Positions 11,335 through 24,683 of a stretch of 64,000 nucleotides of DNA are shown here, piece after piece. The DNA is from Mustelus asterias (Eukaryota), in the NCBI RefSeq assembly GCF_964213995.1, contig NW_027590120.1, positions 310,001 to 374,000 of the forward strand, written 5' to 3'. Position 1 is the stretch's first letter. The number at the start of each line of letters is the position of its first letter. The notes beneath the pieces are model-generated. The model saw nothing but the letters and a program-made list of their open reading frames with translations, did no database searches and was not told where the DNA came from. A program made the translations under genes and the position numbers.

Positions 11335-11865
11335 TTGGAGACGCCGGCGTTGGAATGCGGTGGGAACGGTAAGAAGTCTCACAACACCAGGTTAAAGTCC
11401 AACCGCTTTATTTGGAATCACGAGCTTTCGGAGCACTGCTACTTCCTCAGGTGAATGGTGAGTTGGGTTCGCAAACATGGCATATGTAGACAGAGACGCA
11501 ATTCCAAGATAATGGTCGGAATGCGCGTCTTTGAGGACCGGGATCTTGGGTTCATGTCACACTACATGTAACCTCTACCATTTTCCCTGGCTTGCAAAGT
11601 CCTACCATCTGTCCTGGTTTGAGACAATTCACACCTCTTTAACCTGTGATTATCCCTCTCTTCACTCGCATTGTCTGCACCTGTAAAGATTTGATTACCT
11701 GTAATGACTTGCATTCCAACCATTTTCTTGCAATTGCGTCTCTATCTATAGCTGCCATATTTGTGAACCCAACTCTCCACTCACCTGAGAAAGGAGCAGC
11801 GGTCTGAAAGCTCGTCATTCGAAATAAACCTGTCGGCCTTTAATCTAGTGTTGTGAGACTTTTTG
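11335..11865. mobile_element. Penelope-associated element with long terminal inverted arms
   Basis: aagtctcacaacaccaggttaaag.. at the left end and its reverse complement ..tgttgtgagactt at the right end; hammerhead-like cores in the arms. Confidence 0.6.
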
Positions 11866-12148
11866 CTGTTCCTTAAACCAATAATAGCCCAGATAGGATC
11901 AGCTGAAACTCCTTCCCCGGAGGAAACCTGTCCTTTGGGGTCTCACACTGCTTCAATCTGGTCTCACAGCCGGACTCGACTTCGGTTTCTTACTCTGCTC
12001 CTAAGTCTAAATCTGCAATTCAAAATCTTCCTCAGGAAACCACCCTGCTTTAGAAGCAGACAATTGAACATAACTGATAATGAATTTAAACTGACGGTGA
12101 ACACTAACCTAAACAGGCTGCAACATAATGGGATTAGGAGTCACTTAC

Positions 12149-12239
12149 CGGCTGTGACAGTCACCACCGTCCCAGACCCATCTGCAATCTCCATTCTCCC
12201 CACAGTGTCAGCGCTCTCAGTCAGCCCAGCACAAGAATG
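12149..12239 (-). CDS. Second NAR-TCR J segment (coding 12149-12200) with 23-RSS (12201-12239)
   Basis: GRMEIADGSGTVVTVTA with gtaagt donor; RSS identical to that of the first J. Confidence 0.85.
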
Positions 12240-12574
12240 ACTGACACCTCAAACTGCCGAGCAGCCATTACCGAACAATCAGTGTTTCTCGATTATTCAG
12301 GGGATTTGAATCAATAATGAACATTGGTTGTTTAAAAACGAAACATCATTGGACAAAATTTTTCCTTCTGACTCTCTGAGCTCCTGGTAAAATTTCCCAG
12401 GAACAGGAGCAGAGATGCAAGATTCTTATTAACAGCGAAAAGCCTTGAAGAATTATAGCTGATGGTGGAAATTACAATGAAATTAAACTAGATTGAACTG
12501 GGAATAACATCAACCCGACAAGTCAAGTTACCGAACATGGGAATTGCTGGGAATTACAGTTTTGATTGTCCTGA

Positions 12575-13070
12575 GGTTTTTGTCGAACTCTCTCCCAATG
12601 CGGTGTCCTGTGTGAGTAGTACCAGTGCTGAACTTTACAGTAATAACTGGCACTGTCTTCAACTCTCACGTCAGGAATTTCCAGTGAAAATGTCTTTTCT
12701 GCTTTATTCACCAGTACAATAAATCTCCCTCCGCTGGAGATCCGCTCCTGCTCCGTCCCGGTCTGGATTTGTCTGAAAAAAATGACCATTTTCTAAATCA
12801 TAAACTCCATAGAAAACACAGGTGATGGTAAGAGACTGACACTCCTTCCTGGTCAACGCTGCCAGGCTCTGTGTCACTGACTGATTGAAAGATCCTGGAA
12901 ATTAAACACAGAGTTTAATGGACCAAACAAAGGGGCTAAAATCCTAGACAGTGTCTGTAATTGAGATGGACTGGGGCAGCTTTATATTCAATCCACGCAA
13001 TGTGGGTGAGTTTGATCGGTACTCATCAGGGTAAACAGGCACACAGGGTGAAAACAAGAAGGATTCCCAT
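12575..13070 (-). pseudogene. Second NAR-TCR V, pseudogene (V exon 12603-12894, leader to 13070, 12-RSS 12575-12602)
   Basis: Paralog of 4217-4698. It has a +1 frameshift in a T-run (~12780), a disrupted leader donor (gatgagt) and a heptamer mutated to CGCATTG. The 12-bp spacer and ACAAAAACC nonamer are retained. Confidence 0.87.
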
Positions 13071-13384
13071 CGTTCTGCTAACGGTTTATATGCCAGGGAG
13101 CTGAGACTACAGAGCTGGACTGCTCTGGGAGACTGGATATCAGAGCTGCACTGAAGTACTTCAGACTCGAACATTGGTAAATTAGGCCACGCCCACAGTT
13201 TAAAATGAAACTCAAGTATTTAAATGGGGAACTGAGCTGTGAATTTTCAGTCGAAACTCCCGGCAGCGAGAATCCAGAATTTCAGCAGGTGTTCGACAGT
13301 TGTGGGTGGCATGCTCTACTTGGTCTCGAGTACATTATTTATTGTTATTGATTCAGGGGATGTGGGCTTCGCTGGCGATGCCAG

Positions 13385-14482
13385 TAGAGTCATAGAGTCA
13401 TGGAGGTTTACAGCATGGAAACAGGCCCTTCGGCCCAACTTGTCCATGCCGCCCTTTTTTTTAAACCCCTAAGCTAATCCCAATTGCCCGCATTTGGCCC
13501 ATATCCCTCCATAGCCTTCGCATCCATGTAGCTATCTAAAAGCTTCTTAAAAGACAAAATTATACCCGCCTCTACTACTACCTCTGGCAGCTTGTTCGAG
13601 ACGCTCACCGCCCTCTGTGTGAAAAAAATGCCCCTCTGGACAGTTTTGTATCTCTCCCCTCTCACCTTAAACCTATGCTCTCTCGTTTTAGACTCTGCAA
13701 CTCTGGGAATGGATATTGACTATCTAGCTGATCGATGCGCCTCATCATTTTAAAGACCTCCATAAGATCACCCCTCAGCCTCCTACGCTCCAGAGAAAAA
13801 AATACTAGTCTATCCAGCCTCTCCTTATAACTCAATCCATCAAGTCACGGTAGCATCCTAGTAAATCTTTTCTGCACTCTTTCTAGTTTAATAATATCCT
13901 TTCTATAATAGGGTGACCAGAATTGCACACAGTATTCCAAGTGTGGACTTCCCAATGTCCTGTACAACTTCAACAAGACGTCCCAACTCCTGTATTCAAT
14001 GTTCTGACCGATGAAACCAAGCATGCCGAATGCTTTTTTCACCATTCTGTCCACCCGAGACTCCACTTTCAAGGAGCTATGAACATGTACCCTTAGATCT
14101 CTTTGTTCTGTAACGCTTTCCAACGCCCTACCATTAACTGAGTAAGTCCTGCCCTGGTTCAATCTAACACAATGCATCACTTCGCATTTGTCTAAGTTAG
14201 ACTCCATCTGCCATTCATCAGCCCACTGGCCCAATCAAGATCCCGTTGCAATTGAAGATAACTTTCTTCACTCTCCCCTATGCCACCAATCTTAGTGTCA
14301 TCTGCAAACTTACTAACCATGCCTCCTATATCCTCATCCAAATCATTAATATAAATGACAAATAACAGTGGACCCAGCACTGATCCCCGAGGCACACTGC
14401 TGGTCACAGGCGTCCAGTTTGAAAAAACAACCCTCTACAACCATCCTCTGGCTTGCGTCAAGAAGCCAATTTTGTATCCATT
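13385..14482 (-). mobile_element. 5'-truncated CR1 LINE (RT C-terminal half, frameshifted)
   Basis: [39 protein letters not shown], (atgactct)n tail. Confidence 0.92.
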
Positions 14483-15579
14483 GGAGGAGGAGACAATCTC
14501 GATCTTGTTTATCCCTGCATCCTAATCAAACAGGATGAAGCAATATTATAGAGAGCCTAGTGAATTCATGAATGACACAACGACTACTAAATAAATAACC
14601 AGAGCTTTAAAACCACCAAAAAACAAGGAGAACCTAGCTAGCACAATAGAAATGGGGTCCAGAGAAAAATAAACATGGAAAGAAACGACTGGAATAGTCA
14701 AGACGGCTGGGATTGTTATCAACATATCTATTAATTTCCACATGTTCTTCTGTCGGATTTGTTGACAGCTCCCACGTGGTGCGCATTGGGCAGTTTCATG
14801 ATGTTTCTGGTGCTGTGTGAATGTGTTTGTGAGAATGCATACTATTGTGACGTTATGGTCGGTGGAGTCTGTCGGCATCATTTGTACTGTCTGGGAATGA
14901 CTTACATTTTATGAGGAACTTATATGTTGCATGGGACTCCTACTTCTGTTATATGAGGCCATTCGATAGCATGTGACTGTCACTGTCATTTCGATACAAA
15001 AACAGAAAATGCTGGAAAATCTCAGCAGGTCTGACAGCATCTGCAGAGAGAGAATAGAGCCAACGTTTCGAGTCTGAATGACCCTTTGTCAGACCGCTTC
15101 GCTCCACAGATGCTGTCAGACCTGCTGGGATTTTCCAGCATTTTCTGTTTTTGTTCCAGATTCCAGGATCAGTAGTTTTTTAAATCTTACTATCATTCCG
15201 ATTTTCATCAGTTCTAATGTCACTGAGCTATGCTGCCTGCTGCCTCGTGGCTATAATATTTATTAGCTGTATCATTACAATGAACATTTCACATGATAAG
15301 CATCCGTTACTTTTGCCCAAGTATTAAGTAATTCAACTCAAAATTACCCAGGCTGCAGGAGACATAAAGACTAGATCGTCCCCTCCCTGGAATATCGCAA
15401 TATGCTAACCCTCCCAGAATGAACATGGAAAATGAATGCTGAATCTGTTTGTTCAAGTCAGTGTAAATAATTGTGAAAATTAATTGCGTCCCTGTAGGTT
15501 TCCAACAGTATTAATGTGGGTTCCTTTGACCTTGTCACAAAGAATCTTTGTGTTCAACCGTCATCGTTTCTCATACAGA

Positions 15580-17698
15580 ATGCACGGGCGAATATCTGGT
15601 GTAGTTTATGCCATTTACTATCCAAATCTTGCTGCCATTGGAGTTCCGGGTAAGTTGTGATACTAAATCATGAACTTGACGCATCATTGAGTTATTAAGT
15701 TAGCGCTGATTATGGTAATAAAGAACATGACATTATTGTTTCCAGGTATCTTCTAAAACCTTATTTGCACAGTGATAGTTTGTCTTTCCATCACTTAAAT
15801 ATGTATTTTATTTAAACTTAAGCCTTACTCTTTAAGTCTGTGATACATTCAATACTCTGTGGCTGTTCTTGCCAGCATATGTATACCGAGGCGAGGTTTT
15901 TCATATCTTTGTAACATATAGTTCCTGGGCATTCAGCTACAGGGGGTAACGTGAGAAAACATTTCCAGCAATACAAACTTTGGGCATGATTCCAAAATCA
16001 GCGGGCACAACCTCCCAGTATTTACTCTGTCAAACCTCTTGGGAATTTCATTTGTTTCAACAGGATCGCCTTCACTCTTCGAAACTCCAGACAATGTATA
16101 TCCTTTTCTTTCACTTCTCATTATGGAACAATTAGTGTCATTGCTCAACAGAACGGGAATGTATTTTCCCAGCAAGCGGGATTTCTGATGAAAACACATC
16201 TGATGCTCCTTAAATTGCGTTAACTTGACACATCATACTTACTGAAAATATTCCCGTGGAATTCTACAAGCCAAACCGAATCCTTATCACATTATACATT
16301 TTAACAACACGGGTGTAACTAATATGACAACCGTATTTACAGGCTATTCTGCTTATCTATTACATGGTTCAAAGCTTGAATGCTGAATTTTACATGCAAC
16401 CCGGAGATCTTCAGCCTTTCGGTCCTAAAATTTGCAATTCCCGCCTTGTGCCACATTGCCTTTCTTGCTCATTCTGCTCATTGCATAGTTTCCTTAAGTG
16501 TATCTCATTGTCAAGTTATTCAGCATTTAACTTAATATCGCCTCATATTATTCGGTGTCAAATTTTGCTGCATTGCTTTCCTGTGAAGCGACTTGAGACA
16601 CCCTTTCCGTTAAATTTGCGACATATTTGGAGTCTGCCCTTGTAGCTCTTTTTGAAACATAATTGACCTTGAAAAGCCAGGAATAGCTGTCTTCCATAAC
16701 GAAGATAAACCAGCAAAAATGCCACAAAAAACCCGCCACATCCATGTGTGTGCTTGGAAGTTGTTGAATTAATTTTGCTTTTGCTCTCAATTAACTTGAT
16801 GGCTACTGTGATCCTCTCCTGAGCAAGGTGTGGTCTCTCCAAGTGCATCACTCGATATCTGGTTTCCATGGCAGTGATAGATCTCTTTGTGGTTGTCACC
16901 GCTGTGATATTCAACCGGATTATTGGCATTTAGTTTCCATTAAGTTTATGCCGTTGTCTCCAGCTCGTACTCTGAGTACTGTGATAATCTATGCAGTCAC
17001 GGAGAGTTCTGCCTGGTTAACCGTCGTTTTCACCTTTGATCGTTATGTAGCCATTTGCTGCCAGAAACTGCAAGCAAACTATTGCACCGTGAAAACTGCA
17101 GCTGTGGTGATTGGAATGGTCTGTTTGTTGAGTTGTTTAAAAAGCATTCCCTGGTATTTTATGTATGAACCGCTCTATGTAATGAACAATGTGCCATGGT
17201 TTTGTAACTATAAAGTCAACTTTCTACACTTCCTTCTCATGGACAGCCTATGACTGGTTTGCACGTATATTAAATCCCATTCTGCCATTCCTTCTGATTT
17301 TGTTGTTTAATGTACTGACCGTCAGACACATCCTGGCGGCCAGTAGATCCCACCGTCGACTCCGGGCTCACAGCAGTGCAGATAATCATAGTGATCCAGA
17401 AATGAAGAACAGGAAGAAATCTGTTGTTTTACTCTTCGCCATCTCGGGAAGTTTCATTCTGTTGTGGATGACATACGTTGTGGATTTCCTCTATGTGAAA
17501 ATTACAAATGAAGCATATTTCAGAGGATCCAATTTCAATGACCCATAATTCATTCGCCAATGAAGTGGAAACATGCTACTGCTGCTGAGCTGTTGCACTA
17601 ACACGTGTATTTATGCAGTGACGCAGAGGAAATTCAGAGAAGAGTTTAAACATGCAGCAAAATGCATTGGCAGTCTCATTGTAAGCATAGTAAAGTAG
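15580..17698 (+). pseudogene. GPR139/GPR142-like class A GPCR pseudogene (exon 1 15580-15649, exon 2 16791-17698)
   Basis: MHGRISGVVYAIYYPNLAAIGVP|VNLMATVILS*ARCGLSKCITRYLVSMAVIDL..FTFDRYVAIC..NTCIYAVTQRKFREE. Multiple stops and frameshifts; acceptor reads CAA. Confidence 0.85.
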
Positions 17699-19829
17699 AA
17701 AATCCAAAAGTTTTGGTTTACATTACAAATCGAAATGTATATTTTTATCTCAGAATTTTTCGCCTTGACTTGTGAGGTGAAACTGGTCTTCGGCAGCTCT
17801 GTAAGAAAACTATCACGAGTTTCCCTTTTATTCCACTGAGGTGTCAATTGAAGAAAGTTGTATCACCTGTAAAGAAGGCAGCTGCTTTCTGGTCACCAGG
17901 CTGATGTAACCTTTCCCTTCCATTCTCTCTCCATCCTTCCTTCGAGATTTCCTCTTAAGAAAATAAGAATCGGGAGAAGAGAGGCCACTCGGCTCCTCCA
18001 AACAGTGCTGTTATTTAACATGTTTGGGACCAATCTTCTTCATGAAACAATAAATCTGCTCTGTCCCTTCATCCCTTAAACCACTTAGTGCCCCAAAATC
18101 CATCAACATCAATCCTGAACATGTTGAACAATTGAATAACCACAGCGATCACATAGTGAAATCCAAAATTATGAACAATTTGAGAGCAGCTATTTCTCAT
18201 CATCCCAGTTCTCCTTCATTAATCTGAAACTCTCATCCTTCACACTATCTGGATGGAGAAATAGCTTCTGAGTATTCACGCTGTTAACTTCAAACAGGAG
18301 TTGAAACATGTCACAGAGATCTTCACATGATTTGAATCCAGCCACTATATACCCATACTATTCAATTTTCACCCGGTCTCTCTCGCAGTTCCTGCCTCCG
18401 GATACAAAAAGGATAGTATCAAGTATCAAGTGAAGGTCTTCAGAGGTCAGAAGTGAAATGCTAAAATAGATCAGTGAGGAACATTATTTGATGATTTGTC
18501 CTTGCATGAATCATTGAACTAGTTTAAATGCAGGTACTCTTTCTTTGAGAAAACATTCCACACATTAAGGCCATCAGGAAGAAAATCAGCCGGTCACAGC
18601 CCTCAGGATCGTCAAGGTTTCAACCAAGTGGCTTCTTAATCTTCGCAATTGTCACGCATTGTCTGCCTCTAATACACATCTGTTATGTACCCTACTAATG
18701 TTAAATACGAGGGTATCCCAGAACCAGGAGGTGTAACTTGGAACACTGGTGCTTAATGGTTTATATTTCAATTTGGTGTCCATTAAGTACGATATGCAAA
18801 CCCGGGAGGAACAGTCAAGTCTTGTTGCGATCATTTAATAGAGAACATTTATTAACATAAAAAGAAAAGCGCATGACAAGCATGATGATAAAACACCAAT
18901 ACAGTGCACGTAACTACACTAATGGCTATAAATACGCACGTTAACATGAAGTAACCCCTTCTTTTCCCCAACAACCAACTTTTCCTGAAATCTGACATGC
19001 CCCTTATTGCCAAACAGCAACCAATATTATACAACTGTATGAGCATCTAGAGCATATAAGTTCCAATTCCCTGAACGATCACATTGAAGTTACCTCTTCC
19101 ACACCTGATCGTATTCCCCCAATCATATATGTAGACCCTTGCTTTTCTGACTGGCATGTTAATTCACTTATCAGTACCCCCTTCTTCCAGCTGTCCTCAT
19201 AAATTTCCTTTTAAAAATTTTATTACCCAATTTTCTTTTGTTTTAATAAGTTTATTCCTAATCTAAATTTTTCCCAGAATCGTAGGTGCGATCTGGTTTG
19301 TTTCCTGGCTCCTCGTGTTGAAAACCCTTGTGCCAATCTGAAGGATTTATCCTTTAGGGAATGGAACAAAGGCATATAAGTAAAACAAAATGAGTGTGCA
19401 GAGGGAGTTGCGCTCCTGGATAGTGGACAAAGCAGAAAACGAATTCACACAGTCAACTGAGGACGACATTTGGAATAACAAAGATGGAACGTGGCATGAT
19501 CTAGGGCAAAGCAACCTCCTTCATTGGAACCCCTTCCATGCATTGACATATATCAGCCCTCGTTAACGCCTTTTGTCAAGATGCATCACCTTAAATTCCA
19601 GCTTTCACTCATTTACCAATTCTGCTAGCCTGCACCGGTCCGTTTGCAGCTGAAAGGTACAATTCTCAATCTGTGACACATTTCGAAATATTTAGAAATT
19701 TCAATCAATATAACAAGAACACGGAACATATATAGTGCAGAACAGTGATGCGAGCACTGAACTTTGGGGGATCAACCATTGTTTATCACCAAAAACTAGG
19801 TTACATTGACATTTGTCCCTGAGGCAAAA

Positions 19830-20440
19830 GGGGCAAAAATGAAATTGTCCAGATTACTGGATTGAATAGAAAATAAGACTATTTTGGGATGGACTACAGA
19901 CTGCACGCTCCCGAAGTACATATGTACATAAATCGCAACATGTTAGCATTGCAGATACGGTACATATTTAGGAAGGCAAACAAAATGTTCTGAATATACA
20001 GAGTGTTGGTGAAATCATCGCTCAACACAATTTTCTTGTCCTGAATTAAGAAGGGTTATACGTGCATGGAAGCTGTTCGGGGAAGATTCACCACGTTATT
20101 TCCAGAGAACATTTGCTTGAATTATGGCAATATGTTTAGTTAGAAGTGCCGACATACACTGGAATATCGATGAATGAGAGACGATCATTTGGAAACATAA
20201 CCTTTTCTCAGCGTGTTTCACAACATAGATGTGGAGATTGGAGAAAGGGGAACTCGTGGCACAATTTCAAAATAAGAGACCTCCAACTTAGCAGAGATTA
20301 GGAGGAATTTCTTCTCTCAGATGTTTTTTTGTGGCCTTCCAAAGATCGAATGCTGAATTGGACATGTTTCTGATCTACAACTGAGTCAAAGGATACGGGG
20401 CGCAGGCAGGATGGTAGATTTAAGTCTACAGTTAAATTAA
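19830..20440 (+). mobile_element. Degenerate CR1 3' fragment
   Basis: Decayed motifs 'aggaaggcaaa..aatgtt' and 'gaggaatttcttctctcaga'. Confidence 0.55.
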
Positions 20441-20967
20441 TTGGTGGCAAAGACCGATGAGCACATGGTTTTCAAAGAGCAATAGCATTAACAGCTGAAT
20501 GAAATGAAATTCCACAGTTATTAGGAACTGTCGGCTAGTGAATATAGGTAAATTGTTATTGCAAGGAGCGAGCCTGGAATGGAAGGGCCGAAAGCTTGGA
20601 TGTGCTGTAATGATTCTGTGATTGTATTCCATGTGGAAGGAGGTGGATGAAGTAGAAAATCTCAGCAATAGTGATCATAGTATCAGAAATTGATGTTACC
20701 AATAGAACGGTTGTGGGACAATATAAAATAAAAACTGGATGAGAAACCGTGTCACCGAATTGAGGAGAAATATTGATCCAGTAAACTGCAATCTAATACC
20801 GCTAGGCACTAATGTATTGGATCAGTGGGTGTGGTTAAGAGAAAATTAATTTTGTTACAGTTGCAAACCGTTGAGCACGACGTAAGTCCAGCTGAGAGAA
20901 CAACAGTGAAAATAGAGAGGCAGAACTATAGAAAACGATAGACAGAAAGAATAGAAAGAGAAAGAGG

Positions 20968-21003
20968 GACACACACACGCACAACACATAGACAGACAGA
21001 CAG

Positions 21004-21035
<32 letters not shown>

Positions 21036-21050
21036 ACACACACACACACA
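20968..21050. repeat. (CA)n/(CAGA)n microsatellite
   Basis: Seen directly. Confidence 0.95.
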
Positions 21051-21445
21051 ATAATTCAGCTCAGCTTCTGTCAAATGCCAACCCAGAGGATGATAATACT
21101 CGGAGATAATTAATACCATTGCATATCAACGGGAGATGAGACCGAGTGCAATGCGTCTGATGGAGGTGATATAAACGGGAATGTGAGAAAAGAAAACTGA
21201 GAATGAGGGAGCGAGCGAGAGAGAGAGAATGACAAACCTAGCAGTCAGGCATGCGGGAACCACATAAAGAGATTTGCGAAAAGAGTCTGAGCAGGTGGAG
21301 AAAGCCCAACCGACGAGATAGTGAACCAGATACAGACAAATTTAACTGTTGAATGTAGTTAATAGAATGTACATCACATTGCTGCGGCAGTTGCAAAATA
21401 TCACAACTTGTGTGGAGTCAAAACGCCATATTAGAAAGAAGGAAC

Positions 21446-21484
21446 ATTTTTTGTACGGGTCTCGACTGACCTGGTAACGTTGTG
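21446..21484 (-). other. 23-RSS (non-consensus heptamer)
   Basis: CACAACG + 23 bp + ACAAAAAAT. Confidence 0.8.
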
Positions 21485-21837
21485 TGTCCCAGTACACAGT
21501 AATACATCGCACTGTCAGAGAACTGCGCATAGTGAATGCTTAAAGGAACAGTTCTTGCTGTGTTATCTAAAGTAGCATAAAGCAGCCGCTTCCCAAAGGC
21601 AGTCACATTTTTTCCAGTACTCCTTTTTTCCAAAAGATATTGAGGGTGTTTCTCTGGGTGCTGAATATACCAGAAGAAAGCAGTAGAAGTATGTGATGTC
21701 GAATAATTGCAGTTTAGCTTCACACTGTCTCCGTAACTCACTCTGATACTCGGTGGATCCTGAAACACTGCCTCCATTTCCTCACTGGCCTGAATGAGAA
21801 GAATGAATATCGAAGTCAAAAAGAGAAAATGATGCAT
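21485..21837 (-). CDS. TCR alpha/delta V segment, open frame, leader possibly in the same exon
   Basis: MHHFLFLTSIFILLIQASEEMEAVFQDP..VKLNCNYS..FFWYIQHP..SDSAMYYCVLG. Confidence 0.8.
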
Positions 21838-22994
21838 AATATCAGAATACAGAACACAGCAGCAACACAGCTTCGGACCCTTAGTAATAGGTTTATAAAG
21901 CCTGCATCACCCACCCTCCACCTCAACAGTGGAACTAAATGAGCCAAAACCTGAAATGAGAACTTGAATGTATATCTGTGCGACCGATGAGCGGAAATGG
22001 CAACTTAGATGACAGAATGACAGGTTTTCTGACAGATGTCACTTTCCATCAGCCCTCCAATCTATATCACTAAAATCGATGACCTGATTATCACTTTGTT
22101 CTTTGTGGAGTTTGAAGCGCGCCTATTAACTGCCACGTCTCCTATATTAAGGCAGTGATGAAAATTCGAAGACTTCTTTGGGTGTAAAGCTCTGTGAAGT
22201 CCTGATGTCATGAACGGCGGTATATAAATGGAAGTCTTTCTTGATTGCCTTTGAGAGACAGCGTGCGAATCAGAATCAGAAGATGGGATGCAAACGTTTA
22301 CACTGAGTGCATTTTAACCGTTACATCAAACTCAATATCAGGAGTTTCTTTCTCAGTATCTTTCGGAATCTGTACATCTTCGTTTCACTCTATAGCTCTT
22401 CACCTCGACAACCCTATCTCTGAACTTATTGTGTCCCTCACCATGTCTCTGCACCGGGAAGGAAGATAGTGGAAGAAATATGCAGACAAATTATGCAACA
22501 ATAGTAATGGAGATTTATATTGTCTCGTATTAATTCTATGCAAGAAGTCGGTAAAGGAGGTAACCGAATAGCTCCTACGATTGATTTTAGATGCTTGTAT
22601 AATCCGAAATGTTGGAAGAAACACCAACAAGGGAAGATTTGCTATTGTATCCTGTAGTCGGGAAGAAAGCAGATCAGATCCGAGAAATAACTGGAGGGGA
22701 ACGTTCAGCAATACAGATCATACTTCCTCATTAAGAGGTTCGAGATGAGTAAGTGTTTGACGGAAAACAGCTAACCACTTGATACAGTGACAGGTATCCT
22801 GAATGGTACACAGTGAACCAGAATGTTTGAGTGATTCCGGTAGATGACTGAAAATTCAATAAAGAAACTCTCATGTCTGTTTGAGCTACATTGCTGGAAG
22901 TAAGCTTACCAGCGCTGCTCCAATTACGTTTGCATGAGGAATATGGAGTTTAGGGAATGCAGTTGATGAAAAGATCAATAATTGTCTTCGAATC

Positions 22995-23295
22995 CATACA
23001 GTGCAAAAGGAGGCCATCAGGCTCCTCGAGTCTGCAGTGACTCTCCGACAGAGCATATTTTCCTGGTCCATCACCGTAACCCCACAGATTTATCGTGGCG
23101 ATTTATTCTAACCCACAAATATTTGACAAGTTGGAATGCTGAACGCATCTAACCTGCACATCATTGAACTGTCGGAGGAAAAGGGGCACCCCATACAGAC
23201 ACTGGGAGCATCTGCCAACTCCACGTAGCCTGGAACTGAACCCGGATCCCTGGAACTATGAGGCAGCAGTGCTAACCACTGTGACACCACTGTAC
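22995..23295 (-). mobile_element. HE1/V-SINE, degenerate
   Basis: 'ggcagcagtgctaaccactgtg' head and tail similar to other copies. Confidence 0.7.
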
Positions 23296-24216
23296 CAATT
23301 AATGACAGCCAAGCACGCACGATGGGGTGAATGACCCATCGCACGATCTGCAAATGTTCTGAATTTACAGAATTTCTTTGGTGGTTTACACACTTCGCTG
23401 TGCGGAAGTGAGCAGTGAGGATAAGGTGGTGCTGCTCCATTGGATGACTGTCAATGAAACGCAAAATACAGCCATGGTCTGCTCCGCTACTTTTGCCTTC
23501 ACTGACTTTGCCCGGGTGCAGACAGCAGCGGAATGAATCGCTTCAGTAATTGCTGATGGCGAGTTGTGGGGCTGATCAACAAGGAAGGATCACTGCTTAA
23601 ATCTGGTGAACATTATCCATTTCCAAACAATCCAAGAGCGGAGAACACACGTGATCTTAAGTTTATGTCGTTAACTTTAGCTGTTTCTTATTCACTCCGC
23701 CATTCACATGGTCTATGGTAATGACGGATTCATTAAATGAGACAAATAGAAAGGACACATTGATTTTCAGGTATCAATGTGAAAACTCCGCAACGACGGT
23801 AAGTCACGCCACCTGCTGGTGGTTTCGGGTAGCTTTGTTTGTCGAGTTTGTCAAAATCGGTTGTCACCCCTTGAATTATTTGAATTAATTTCCAGTCATG
23901 TGATAGCGATAAGGAGGTTTACAAAAAATGAGAGGTTGGTATAACAGAGAGACGGAAGCAATGAGACAGAGTTATGAGGAAAGTCACACGAGACACAGAA
24001 GGAACCAGAAAATGCGATTCTTTACAGCTCTCGTTTATTGGCGGGGAATATCCATCAGTTCCGGCAGCGTAGCCAATCCTGTCTCTGGGAAATGCCCCTC
24101 AGTTTCTCAAAAAATAAAACCAGATTATAACAGGGGCTACCCTTTACACTAGATTGGAATCATCAGCAGAATTAGAGCATTTTGTTACTTCGTATCGAGA
24201 TGTATACACGGAAACC

Positions 24217-24683
24217 ATGTGTTCTCCATGCTCCTTACTGGTTATAATGATCTTGCTGCCCGGCGGGTCCATTATTAAATAGTAACCATGTCATCCAGTG
24301 GTTATTTTTAAACCCTGACTTTTGAGCCAATCTGTATTTGTGTGACAGGAATGAGTGGCAAAACTTCAGTGTTCCAGGTTCATTTCGAATTAACAATTCG
24401 GGAAGGACAGTGTGGACTGGACTGCCGTTACTTGATAACCTGCACTACCCCAGCTCTCCTCTGGTACATGCAGTATTCCGGGGAAGCTCCGAGATATTTC
24501 CTGAAGAAATATAGCTTAGGGGGTTACGAAAGGTCCCCAAACGGAGGTTTTCTGCAGATTTGCAGAAGGGAAATAAAACAGTTCCTTATATCTCGCGGGA
24601 GCTCTTCTGTCGGATACTGCCGTGTATTTCCGTGCGATGGAGCACACACTGATACAGAGATAGAGCGGATCCAGTCCGAAACC
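24217..24683 (+). pseudogene. TCR V pseudogene (leader 24217-24262, V exon 24349-24644, degenerate 23-RSS 24645-24683)
   Basis: Leader MCSPCSLLVIMILLP with GC donor; ..LDC..LLWYMQYSGEAPRYFL..; FR3 frameshifts; LSDTAVYFRAM (Cys to Arg); CACACTG + 23 bp + TCCGAAACC. Confidence 0.85.

Noticed and set aside
14546-14881. Hydrophobic 111-aa ORF
   Set aside because: No recognisable domain or splice structure.
18652-19046. Possible second membrane-protein remnant
   Set aside because: Only one hydrophobic stretch and no family motif recognised.
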